Source: Candidatus Harrisonbacteria bacterium
GTDB lineage: Bacteria; Patescibacteriota; Minisyncoccia; UBA6257; 02-FULL-45-10c
Length of the DNA stretch: 64,000 bases
Direction: 5' to 3'
Assembly: GCA_016214655.1 (NCBI GenBank)
Contig: JACROC010000004.1
Span: forward strand, 26,084 to 90,083
The notes beneath the pieces are model-generated. The model saw only the letters and a program-made list of their open reading frames with translations, was not told the DNA's origin and ran no database searches. Shown here one piece after another: positions 52,095 through 60,413 of this stretch. Positions within the stretch are counted from its first letter, which is position 1. Every line of letters begins with the position of its first letter. The position numbers and the translations under genes were made by a program.

Positions 52095-52634
52095 TTACTC
52101 AAAAACACTTCTTTTTTTTCTAGGAAATTTTTCCATTTCATCTATAAATTCTCTGGCGGACTTTTCAATTAAGGGATCGAAAATATTTTTATTAACATCG
52201 GGCCACACAACCGTTGTTCCTTCGGGATATTTCTTATGAATTAATTTTTCCAGATCGGAATAACTGCATAATACCTTGAAAAATAAGGCGCCTTTAACCC
52301 CGTAGCCGGCGATGAAAATCGTCGGCTCTCCTATATCTTCAAAAATTAATGACTTTTTTCTTACGAATGCTAAAAAAATTCCTTTCCCCAAATAGTCCCC
52401 TCGTATACCTCGTTTTTGTGCCTGTTTATTTATTTCCTCCGGCCATTTTATTTCAAAATATAAAAATGGCCCTACGCTCTCTTGCGATTGAAGTGGATAC
52501 AGAACAACATTAGATTCAACTTTTGAACTAAAATGTCTAGAAGAAAGAAAATTATATTGAGCCATTGCTCCAAGTTTCATTCCAACAAGAAATGCTATAA
52601 CTAATACAGCAATGCCAGCCCAAACTTTTTTCAT
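52095..52634 (-). CDS. hypothetical secreted protein
   Basis: 179 aa with an N-terminal signal/TM segment (MKKVWAGIAVLVIAFLVG). Confidence 0.4.
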   Translation of the reverse strand: MKKVWAGIAVLVIAFLVGMKLGAMAQYNFLSSRHFSSKVESNVVLYPLQSQESVGPFLYFEIKWPEEINKQAQKRGIRGDYLGKGIFLAFVRKKSLIFEDIGEPTIFIAGYGVKGALFFKVLCSYSDLEKLIHKKYPEGTTVVWPDVNKNIFDPLIEKSAREFIDEMEKFPRKKRSVFE

Positions 52635-52730
52635 TGTCTTATTTAATTTTCAAAAAATAATCTAATAAGAGGTTAAATTAGATTTTAAACCATGTCAAAT
52701 GAGTGTACTGAAATTGCATACTCAAATTCA

Positions 52731-54272
52731 TTAAATAAAATACTTTTTCTTAATCTCTTCCTCAATTCTCCCCTGCGCTTCGTCGGCGGATTTTTTGGCA
52801 AACTTAGCCATTTCTGCAAGCTGCTTTTCTTCCATCTGTCCCAAAGCTTTGATTCGCTCAATTAATTTTTCCTTTTCATTTAAAATTGGGTCATCTAATA
52901 CCTCTTCTAAAAGAATAGACAAAACAAAACCGATTTTAGGTCCAGGCTGAATATTAGCTTCCCGCATCACGTCCGCGCCATTCACTTTCAGCATTTTTGC
53001 GCTGATTGGGTCTTGGCTGACTTTTTCAACTCGGAATTTCAAATGGCGCAGACGATATGGTTGCGCTTTAGGCACGCCAGACCCGATCCGGTCTGCTTCC
53101 CGCAATTTGAATAGATCATCAATATTTTCTTTCCCAACCCTGCGAAGCAAGCGCCTCGCACCGGCATCGGTAAACGTTTCCGGATCATAAACAAACATAT
53201 GTTCCCGGACTAATAAAGCAATTTTTTCAACATCCTCGCGGGAAAAATGCAATCGGTCTAAAATTTCTAAGGCCATTTTCTCTCCAACTACCTGATGGCC
53301 GTAAAAAGTGGAGTCTGGTCCATCTCCGCGCTTTGCGCGAGGCTTTCCGACATCATGCAAAAGTGAAGCTAATCTGAGATGTAATGGAAAATTCTGCTTA
53401 ATCGCATAATCCAGTGACCGGACATTATGTTCAAAAACGCTATAAATATGATGCTTGTTTTGTCCCATCTCAACGCCTTCGGTTAATTCCGGAAGGGCTT
53501 GCTTTAGTAAGCCTAACTCCTGCATTTTCCGGATTCCGTCTGCGGCGTTCTCGGTCATTAATAATTTAGACAATTCATCCCTGACTCTTTCTTTAGAAAT
53601 AAATTCCAGCAAACCGGAGTGCTTTTTAATTGCCTCTCCGGTTTCTGCTTCAATCGTAAAACCAAGCTGAGCCATAAAACGCACCGCCCTCATCATTCTT
53701 AAGGCATCCTCTTGGAATCTTTCTTCCGGATTGCCGACTGCCCGGATTATTTTATTTTTTAAATCATTTTTACCGCCGTACGGATCAACTAATCCGTATT
53801 CATTCGTATCATTAGCACGCATTCGTATATTAGTATCACATCTCAACGCCATGGCGTTGATAGTAAAATCTCTGCGAGATAAATCTTCTTCTACGGTTTT
53901 TGCAAATCTGACTTCGTCCGGATGGCGTTTATCGGTATATTTCCCTTCCAGCCTATAAGTTGTGATTTCTACGATTTTTAAAGCAGAGTCTTCAGAGCCA
54001 GTTTTTACTCCGACAGTGCCGAACTGGTTTTCGTAAACACTTTCCGGAAATAACTTCTGTAACTCCTCCGGTTTAGCATTTGTGGCCACATCCCAGTCCT
54101 TCGGTTCTTTGCCAATCAAAAGATCGCGCAGGCACCCGCCGACTAAATAGGCCTCAAAATTGGCTTTTTCTAATGCCAAGCCAATATCTAAAATTTCTTT
54201 CTTTTGCAGTTTTTCCATCTCTCTTATTTTACCCATTTCCTTAGAAATTTTTCCATATCTAAAAATTAACAT
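52731..54272 (-). CDS. cca: CCA-adding tRNA nucleotidyltransferase with HD domain
   Basis: 513 aa. The Pol-beta-like head reads GGCLRDLLIGKEPKDWDVAT. The HD domain reads HDVGK.... Confidence 0.8.
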   Translation of the reverse strand: MLIFRYGKISKEMGKIREMEKLQKKEILDIGLALEKANFEAYLVGGCLRDLLIGKEPKDWDVATNAKPEELQKLFPESVYENQFGTVGVKTGSEDSALKIVEITTYRLEGKYTDKRHPDEVRFAKTVEEDLSRRDFTINAMALRCDTNIRMRANDTNEYGLVDPYGGKNDLKNKIIRAVGNPEERFQEDALRMMRAVRFMAQLGFTIEAETGEAIKKHSGLLEFISKERVRDELSKLLMTENAADGIRKMQELGLLKQALPELTEGVEMGQNKHHIYSVFEHNVRSLDYAIKQNFPLHLRLASLLHDVGKPRAKRGDGPDSTFYGHQVVGEKMALEILDRLHFSREDVEKIALLVREHMFVYDPETFTDAGARRLLRRVGKENIDDLFKLREADRIGSGVPKAQPYRLRHLKFRVEKVSQDPISAKMLKVNGADVMREANIQPGPKIGFVLSILLEEVLDDPILNEKEKLIERIKALGQMEEKQLAEMAKFAKKSADEAQGRIEEEIKKKYFI

Positions 54273-54339
54273 AAAAAAGAAGGGCCGAATACCGCCGTTT
54301 AACTAAACCTCGATGCAAGTTAATCTAAATTTAAAAAAA

Positions 54340-54900
54340 TTAATGAGGCGACTCAAAAGTTCTGGGCTGTTCGCCTTTTCGAAATTGTTCTTTTATTTTT
54401 CTTATTTCAACTTCTGCTTTTAAAACTGCGGCGTGCGGCTCTGGATCACTTATTTTCTCGTTTGCCTGGCGACCAACATCAAAATTCCCAGCCTCCATTG
54501 CATTGATGGCGATTTGTACTAAAGCCCAGGAACGGTCAACTGGATCCTCTATCATGTCTGCCGACCGGATAGCAAGATCCAAGGCCTCTGGGCGTCTATA
54601 AGCTCTGGCGATTTCCGAATAATACCGGGCGCGCCTGCTGGGATCCTCTATTTCCTTTGCCCGCCCCAGGGCTCTTTCTCCGCTTTCCATTTCTTGTCTT
54701 ATGCGCTCAATCCGTTCTTTCGTTAAAATCAGCACCCTCTCGCCCATTCCGGCAGTTTCATAAATTGCACCTTCTTCTAAAAGCTTTTTTTCTGTTTGTT
54801 TGCGCTGCTCCTCAATATTAGCAATCTCCCCAGGAGCCCGCCTTGGTAATTCTTCGGATATCATAATCTCATGATATCCTTCCTCCCGCAGCATCGTCAA
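54340..54900 (-). CDS. hypothetical helical protein
   Basis: 186 aa, rich in Arg/Glu, helical. No family recognised. Confidence 0.4.
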   Translation of the reverse strand: MTMLREEGYHEIMISEELPRRAPGEIANIEEQRKQTEKKLLEEGAIYETAGMGERVLILTKERIERIRQEMESGERALGRAKEIEDPSRRARYYSEIARAYRRPEALDLAIRSADMIEDPVDRSWALVQIAINAMEAGNFDVGRQANEKISDPEPHAAVLKAEVEIRKIKEQFRKGEQPRTFESPH

Positions 54901-55012
54901 ATGAATGAAAAATTACTTGTAGAAAAATTAAAAATTTAATAATGTTGATATAAGCCCTCGTAGCCCCGACGCTTACGATCGGGGTCCCGACTGAAACGTC
55001 AGGACTTAAAAT

Positions 55013-55084
55013 GTCCCCGTGGTGAAACGGATATCACGCATGGCTTCGAACCATGAAGTCCGGGTTCAACTCCTGGCGGGGACA
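55013..55084 (+). tRNA. tRNA-Arg(TCG); CCA not encoded
   Basis: GTCCCCGTGGTGAAACGGATATCACGCATGGCTTCGAACCATGAAGTCCGGGTTCAACTCCTGGCGGGGACA. The acceptor and D stems pair. The anticodon loop is CTTCGAA. Confidence 0.8.
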
Positions 55085-55093
55085 CAAAATATA

Positions 55094-55119
55094 AATCATC
55101 CGCCAACCGGCGGATGATT
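55094..55119. terminator. bidirectional hairpin between tRNA-Arg and the convergent Cys-rich protein gene
   Basis: AATCATCCGCC-AACC-GGCGGATGATT perfect stem. A U-run lies on the minus-strand side. Confidence 0.5.
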
Positions 55120-55125
55120 TCATTA

Positions 55126-56910
55126 CTACGGCTGCTGATATTGCTGCTGATACTGCTCTTGATATTTCTGATACTGTTGCTGGTATTCCGGCGGAATCTG
55201 CTGCTGATATTTTTGTAAATCCTCCGGCGAAGGAGCTCGGAATCCGGCTGGCGGAGTAAAACCTTCCGACGGCTTAAACCCTTCCGGTAATTTGAGTCTC
55301 TCGGGTGGCTTAAAGCCCTCAGGGATTTTAATCCCTTCTGGCGGCTTAAATTCTTCTGGCATAGAACCTCTTGATGTTTTAAAACTTTCCGGTATTGGTT
55401 TACCTTCTGGCCACTGAGACGCTCCCGGCAGCCAACAAACTTTATATCCCATATTATCAACTGATAATACTGTGCCGGGTTGCTCAATATCGCATTGTTC
55501 TTGAGTAATGGCGCAATAACTGCGATTAGTTTTAGTATTGATTTCTTGATTCCAGCCGCGGCTGCATTTTCCGCCGCCAGAAGGACTGCCGGTTGGACCA
55601 AAATAAGGCATATTATACCCTCCGGGAACTCCCGGGAAACCGCTAGGCGACTTGAAACCCTTGCACTCTTCAGGATTCGCTTGGCAATAGGCAGTACATT
55701 CTTCCATGGACGAACAGCCGCCCGGACCCTTAAATCCGGTTTCGGTACCTGGCGGCGCGGATTTCTGACATTGTTCATTTTTCGGATCTGACTGACAATA
55801 AGAAGAACATTCTTCAAAACTCTTACAGCCGCCGGGACCAGAAAATTCACCATTCTCTTTAAATTGCCCGAATCCCGGAGGAATAGATTTCTCAAAACAA
55901 GACTTCATTTTTTCGCCGATATCTCTGCTGCCGAAAGGCTTTCCGGCTTCCAGCTTATCCAAACCGCCAGGCCCCAGAACCGCTTCAATGCATTCTTTAA
56001 TTTCCGGCGGCGCTTTCCCTAAATCACGCTTAATAAAATCCCGCCCTTGCTGCATCCTTTGTAAATCCACTTCTTTAATCAAGCCGTTCTCTTTGGCAAA
56101 TTCAAAACAAGTTTCTTGGTTTGCCGGATCTTCACAAAAGACTTTACAAGCCCGGCCGCGGCAGCCGCCTGGACCGCGACCGCCGGTTTTTTTGACTATC
56201 TCCGCTTCCTCTTTGGAAATAAAACCGGCCTTTTCCGCGAAAGAAACACATTCTTCGGCGTGGCTCTCATCTTCGCAATAAGCCTCGCAAGCCCCCTTAG
56301 ATTTGCAGGCGCCCGGCGTTTCGCCCCTTTTCATAAGCGGTAAAATCTTTTTAGCCTCTCCCAATTCTTCTTGGCTAATTATTCCTGCATCCTCTGCAAA
56401 TGCCAGACACTCATCCGCATTGTCCGGATTACCGCAATAACTCTCACAAGATTTTTTATCGCCGCATCCCCCCGGCAACTTAGCGCCTCGCTTGATAGCC
56501 CCCTGAACCTTCTTTGCTTCTTCTAACTGGCCTTGATCCATCAGTCCATTCTTTTCGGCAAATGACAAACACTCATCTACATTATCAATATCATCACAAA
56601 AAGATTCGCAAGATTTTTGGGAATTGCATCCGCCTGGGCCATTTTTCACTTCTGCTAATTTTTCTGCTTTCTTCAATTCATCTTCCGGCAGAAGATTATA
56701 TTTCCTAGCAAAACTCAAACAAGGTTTGGCATTTTCCGGTTTATCGCAAAATGCCCGGCAATCAGTTTCGCTCTTGCAGTTATTTAATTCCGCAACCGGA
56801 AATTTGATGTCTGCCGACGAAGCCGCTAAGACATCCCAAACTAAAAATAAAGAGATTAAAATTCCCATCATTAAAATACTGATTGATATATTTTTTGTGC
56901 TGATAAACAT
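55126..56910 (-). CDS. secreted modular cysteine-rich repeat protein with Pro-rich and Gln/Tyr-rich C-terminal tail
   Basis: 594 aa with a signal peptide. It has about seven modules of the form C-x5-C-x3-C-x7/8-C (for example CKSETDCRAFCDKPENAKPC, CNSQKSCESFCDDIDNVDEC). Several are followed by LSFAxKxGL. Then come PEGFKPPE-type proline repeats and a QQYQKYQEQYQQQYQQP tail. It is the last gene of the znuCB operon on this strand. Confidence 0.6.
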   Translation of the reverse strand: MFISTKNISISILMMGILISLFLVWDVLAASSADIKFPVAELNNCKSETDCRAFCDKPENAKPCLSFARKYNLLPEDELKKAEKLAEVKNGPGGCNSQKSCESFCDDIDNVDECLSFAEKNGLMDQGQLEEAKKVQGAIKRGAKLPGGCGDKKSCESYCGNPDNADECLAFAEDAGIISQEELGEAKKILPLMKRGETPGACKSKGACEAYCEDESHAEECVSFAEKAGFISKEEAEIVKKTGGRGPGGCRGRACKVFCEDPANQETCFEFAKENGLIKEVDLQRMQQGRDFIKRDLGKAPPEIKECIEAVLGPGGLDKLEAGKPFGSRDIGEKMKSCFEKSIPPGFGQFKENGEFSGPGGCKSFEECSSYCQSDPKNEQCQKSAPPGTETGFKGPGGCSSMEECTAYCQANPEECKGFKSPSGFPGVPGGYNMPYFGPTGSPSGGGKCSRGWNQEINTKTNRSYCAITQEQCDIEQPGTVLSVDNMGYKVCWLPGASQWPEGKPIPESFKTSRGSMPEEFKPPEGIKIPEGFKPPERLKLPEGFKPSEGFTPPAGFRAPSPEDLQKYQQQIPPEYQQQYQKYQEQYQQQYQQP

Positions 56911-56912
56911 AA

Positions 56913-57167
56913 TTATTGAGAAAATGGATTCCTATATTTAAATGGGTTGGTTTTTTCCACTGGATTTAATTCCGGAAGCTTTCCTTGCACTGGATTGGAT
57001 TGAATCTCAATTTCGGGAACAGCCGGAGTTTCAGTTATAGCCTGAAGGGCCTCGCCAATATTTTCAACCGGCTTAACTTCTTTTTTCCCCAAAAACCACC
57101 AATAAAAAATTCCGATCCCGACCAAGGCCACTGCTAAGATTACTAATATAACAAGTCGCTTATTCAT
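56913..57167 (-). CDS. small membrane-anchored protein
   Basis: 84 aa with an N-terminal TM segment (LVILVILAVALVGIGIFYWWFL). Confidence 0.35.
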   Translation of the reverse strand: MNKRLVILVILAVALVGIGIFYWWFLGKKEVKPVENIGEALQAITETPAVPEIEIQSNPVQGKLPELNPVEKTNPFKYRNPFSQ

Positions 57168-57196
57168 AGATCTATTATAACAAATATAAAAAATTT

Positions 57197-57976
57197 TTAC
57201 CTTTGCCGCCCAATCAAAGCCCGCCAGACAAAAGACAAAATGAATATTCCCGTCCCAACTAAAATAAAAATAGGGCCCGGTGCCTGATTGTATAAACTGG
57301 ATAAATAAACTCCTAAAACGGCGGATGACACCCCAAACAGGACGCTTAAAAACATAAATTCATTCAAACTTTTGGAAACATTTTTAGCCGCTGCCGCCGG
57401 AATAATAATCAAAGCACCCATTAAAAGCGCGCCGATGAATTTAATCCCCAAAGCCACTCCCAACGCAAACAGCAATAAATAAATTAACTCCAATTGCTTA
57501 GAGCGGATGCCGATAGAGGAAGATAACTCATGAGATACCATATGTAGGGCCAATTTTTTATGAACCGCTAAAAGAACCGCGATCAAGATAGCCGATAATC
57601 CAACAGAAACCAAAACGTCGTTAAAACTTAACTTGGCAATATCTCCGAAAAGCGCCTCTAAAAGTTCCAGCTGCGGAATAAGCAAGGCGCCAACCGCCAA
57701 AGAAGCCGTAAAAAATACCCCCACAATCGTTTCTACTGAAAGCTTGGTACGGTATTCCAATGCCCAAATGCCAAAGGCAGATAAGAACAAAAATGCCAAT
57801 GCTCCCAAAAAAGGATTAACTTTAAAGAAAATAGCCAAGGCAATTCCGGGCAATGCCACGTGAGAAAGAGCATCGCCTACCAGCGACATTCTCTTCAAAA
57901 TTGCAAACACGCCGAGCAGGCTTGCAGCGGCCGATATGAAAATTCCAACGATTAATTGAGGTAAAATATCAGTCAT
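57197..57976 (-). CDS. znuB: metal (Zn/Mn) ABC transporter permease
   Basis: The ORF runs to 58102, but the likely start is ATG 57976 (MTDILPQLIVGIF), just after the ATPase gene. The polytopic profile is typical of ZnuB/MntB. Confidence 0.75.
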   Translation of the reverse strand: MTDILPQLIVGIFISAAASLLGVFAILKRMSLVGDALSHVALPGIALAIFFKVNPFLGALAFLFLSAFGIWALEYRTKLSVETIVGVFFTASLAVGALLIPQLELLEALFGDIAKLSFNDVLVSVGLSAILIAVLLAVHKKLALHMVSHELSSSIGIRSKQLELIYLLLFALGVALGIKFIGALLMGALIIIPAAAAKNVSKSLNEFMFLSVLFGVSSAVLGVYLSSLYNQAPGPIFILVGTGIFILSFVWRALIGRQR

Positions 57977-57990
57977 ATATTTAGAGATAA

Positions 57991-58716
57991 TTAATGCTGA
58001 TGGCCGTCGGCATGCCCAAAGTGATGGTAAAACGCATGCTCGCCGCCATACAATTTCTGCATTTGAACCGGACTTAATACATCTTGCGGGGAACCGAAAC
58101 AAATCTTCTGCCGATTAAGGCATAATACTTTTTCGGCATATTTATAAACAACATTTAAATCGTGAGAAATAAGTATGATGGTTAAATTATATTTATCCTG
58201 CAGATGATGAAGAAGCTGATAAATTGATTCTTGGCCCCGTATGTCAATGTCCGCAGTCGGCTCATCAAACAGCAATACCCGCGGCTTCCCCAATAATGCC
58301 CAGGCGATTAAAATTCTCTGGCGCTGCCCCACGGAAATCTCTCCAAGCCCGAAATTTAAAATTTCTTCCGGCAATAAAACAGATCTTACTGCGTCGTGGG
58401 CTTTCTCTTCCGAAAAATTTTCGCTTCCCCGAAGGCGCAAAAACTCCCTGATCGTTAAAGGAACGTCGGTTTCTATTTCCATTCTTTGCGGCACATAACC
58501 GATTCTAATTCCATCTTCCCATTTAATATCGCCATGATACGGGGTCATCCCCAGAAGCGCCTTGAATAAGGTGGTCTTTCCGGCTCCATTTGGACCGATT
58601 ACCGCCAACACATCGCCTTCCCTAACTTCAAAATCGAGGTCCTCAATAATTTTATCTTCGTCAAAACTGACAGTTAAATTAGCAACTTTTAATACTAGCT
58701 TGTTATCGGCTGGCAT
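57991..58716 (-). CDS. znuC: metal ABC transporter ATP-binding protein
   Basis: 241 aa. Walker A GPNGAGKTT, signature LSGGQ-like (ISVGQRQR), Walker B LLFDEPT. Confidence 0.85.
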   Translation of the reverse strand: MPADNKLVLKVANLTVSFDEDKIIEDLDFEVREGDVLAVIGPNGAGKTTLFKALLGMTPYHGDIKWEDGIRIGYVPQRMEIETDVPLTIREFLRLRGSENFSEEKAHDAVRSVLLPEEILNFGLGEISVGQRQRILIAWALLGKPRVLLFDEPTADIDIRGQESIYQLLHHLQDKYNLTIILISHDLNVVYKYAEKVLCLNRQKICFGSPQDVLSPVQMQKLYGGEHAFYHHFGHADGHQH

Positions 58717-58752
58717 AATATACTAATTTTAAACTTAATAATTACATTATAT

Positions 58753-59325
58753 ATGGAATCAGTGCTTTTGTCTTATCTCAATTACTGGGAGCCGTTGAAA
58801 TACATAATAATTTTTCTCGGCATGATGGTAGAAGGCGATACCGTGCTTTTTATAGCTTCTTTTCTGGCCCACCAAGGACTCATAGATCCGACCGCCATGC
58901 TACTTACCGCTCTCTGGGGCATGATTCTCGGAGATAATTTGTGGTATTCGGCCGGATTAAAATTAAGAAATTCTTCGTCTTGGCTTAATCAATGGGCGGA
59001 AAAACTCGCTAAACCATTTGATGAACACTTGATTAAAAAGCCGTTTCGTACAATTTTTATTGCAAAATTCACTTATGGAATCAATCACGCAATTATCCTC
59101 CGTGCGGGAACCCTAAGAACAAAATGGAGCGAGATAGAAAAAAGCGATATTCTGGCCACGTTGCTTTGGATGATTATAGTTGGAGGCCTAGGTTACTTTT
59201 CAAGCGCTTCCTTCTCTTATGTCAGACATTATTTAAAATTTGCTGAAGTGGCCCTTCTTCTCGGCTTGCTGATTTTTTTCAGTTTAGAATATTTAATTAC
59301 CAAAGGAACCAAGAAAAATCTATAA
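58753..59325 (+). CDS. DedA/TVP38 family membrane protein
   Basis: 190 aa with a DedA-like motif (GMMVEGDTVLFIASFLA). Confidence 0.65.
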   Translation: MESVLLSYLNYWEPLKYIIIFLGMMVEGDTVLFIASFLAHQGLIDPTAMLLTALWGMILGDNLWYSAGLKLRNSSSWLNQWAEKLAKPFDEHLIKKPFRTIFIAKFTYGINHAIILRAGTLRTKWSEIEKSDILATLLWMIIVGGLGYFSSASFSYVRHYLKFAEVALLLGLLIFFSLEYLITKGTKKNL

Positions 59326-59443
59326 AGATATCCTAAATCTGCAATCTGGAATTATATAACTCTGATTAAACCTATTTTGCAAGAATTACTGAAAATTGAA
59401 AAACGTTCCGCTCCGCCGCCAAGATTTTAATCTTATAGCACCA

Positions 59444-59992
59444 TTACTCTGGCGAAACCCAGACTTCACGTTTTGCGTCCCAATAATTGCCATCTGGCGA
59501 AACCCAGACTTCACGTTTTGCGTCCCAATAATTGCCATCTGGCGAAACCCAGACTTCACGTTTTGCGTCCCAATAATTGCCGCTTTGATCTATCCACACA
59601 CTTCGTTTATCATCCCAGACCGAATCCCCTTGATCAGTTTGCGCGAATGCATACTGTATGCCCAAAAGAGTCAAAAAATCATTTTTAACATCTAGAAACG
59701 CGCCGGGAGTTTTAAGAATTTTTTGATTAGACGAAGGAGCTGATTTAGGACTAGAAGAAGGTGCAGAAATGGGAGCTGATTTAGGACTAGAAGAAGGTGC
59801 AGAAATGGGAGCTGATTTAGGACTAGAAGAAGGTGCAGAAATGGGAGCTGATTTAGGAGGTGCCACTGAATTTATTAATTTTGATTTCTGCCACCAATAA
59901 ACTCCACCACCCAGTATGATTCCTATAAACATTAAAATAATAATGGTAGCTATTGGCGCTAAACTATTTTTAAACTTTAAGCCACTAAACAT
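59444..59992 (-). CDS. membrane-anchored tandem-repeat protein
   Basis: 182 aa. An N-terminal TM segment is followed by SAPISAPSSSPK x3 and then WVSPDGNYWDAKREV x3. The protein is built from two DNA tandem repeats. An alternative +strand ORF (59396..59695) overlaps it and looks less coherent. Confidence 0.45.
   Translation of the reverse strand: MFSGLKFKNSLAPIATIIILMFIGIILGGGVYWWQKSKLINSVAPPKSAPISAPSSSPKSAPISAPSSSPKSAPISAPSSSPKSAPSSNQKILKTPGAFLDVKNDFLTLLGIQYAFAQTDQGDSVWDDKRSVWIDQSGNYWDAKREVWVSPDGNYWDAKREVWVSPDGNYWDAKREVWVSPE
59450..59584. repeat. 45-bp direct tandem repeat x3
   Basis: The unit TGGCGAAACCCAGACTTCACGTTTTGCGTCCCAATAATTGCCATC occurs three times in a row. The third copy is slightly diverged. 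Confidence 0.85.
59737..59860. repeat. 36-bp direct tandem repeat x3 plus a partial copy
   Basis: The unit GAGCTGATTTAGGACTAGAAGAAGGTGCAGAAATGG occurs three times in a row. Confidence 0.85.
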
Positions 59993-60204
59993 ATTTTTCT
60001 TACATTAACGATAAATTATAATTTATGATATTGCTTATAATTTACTCACTCAACAATTTTACCACATCAAGCCCGTTAATTAAATCATCAATAATAACCT
60101 GAAAACCTCCACTTGAATCGCCTCTCGTTGCTGCTGCAACTCGAGACCTTCAGTCTCTCTTCGAGACTTGCGGCCCGCGGTTCGATCCCAAGAAGAAAAT
60201 TTAA

Positions 60205-60230
60205 AAAGAAGGCTATAGCCTTCTTTTTAA
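60205..60230. terminator. hairpin with flanking T-runs downstream of tRNA-Lys
   Basis: AAAGAAGGC-TATA-GCCTTCTTT followed by TTAAATTTT. Confidence 0.5.
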
Positions 60231-60236
60231 ATTTTG

Positions 60237-60307
60237 TGCCCTCACTTGGAATCGAACCAAGGTACTTCGCTTAAGAGGCGAGTGCTTTACCACTAAGCTA
60301 TGAGGGC
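60237..60307 (-). tRNA. tRNA-Lys(CTT); CCA not encoded
   Basis: Reverse complement GCCCTCATAGCTTAGTGGTAAAGCACTCGCCTCTTAAGCGAAGTACCTTGGTTCGATTCCAAGTGAGGGCA. The anticodon loop is CTCTTAA. There is one C-A mismatch at positions 27:43. Confidence 0.75.
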
Positions 60308-60370
60308 TTTTTGTATTGCTGATGTTTTTTAAAATAACATAACGGCTAAAATCTTTCCAATGTGTCCTAT

Positions 60371-60398
60371 ATTGATTTTAGCTAAAATCTGGTATAAT
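60371..60398 (+). promoter_or_regulatory. sigma-70-like promoter with extended -10 upstream of recG
   Basis: TTGATT, then a 16-nt spacer, then TGGTATAAT (TGnTATAAT). The ATG at 60414 follows. Confidence 0.45.
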
Positions 60399-60413
60399 AT
60401 ATACATCTTAATT

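Noticed and set aside
54955-55012. Two adjacent hairpins upstream of tRNA-Arg (CCCCGA...TCGGGG and GTCC.GAC...GTC.GGAC)
   Set aside because: They could be tRNA-leader processing structures or a small regulatory element. I see no motif that identifies a known riboswitch or RNA family.
54999-55895. 298-aa minus-strand ORF overlapping the 594-aa gene
   Set aside because: It is an alternative frame of the same strand. It has an Arg/Ser-rich low-complexity translation. The 55126..56910 frame carries the signal peptide and the regular Cys modules.
59450-59860. Possible CRISPR array
   Set aside because: The repeats are perfectly tandem, with 45-bp and 36-bp periods. There are no unique spacers, and both are in frame within a coding sequence.
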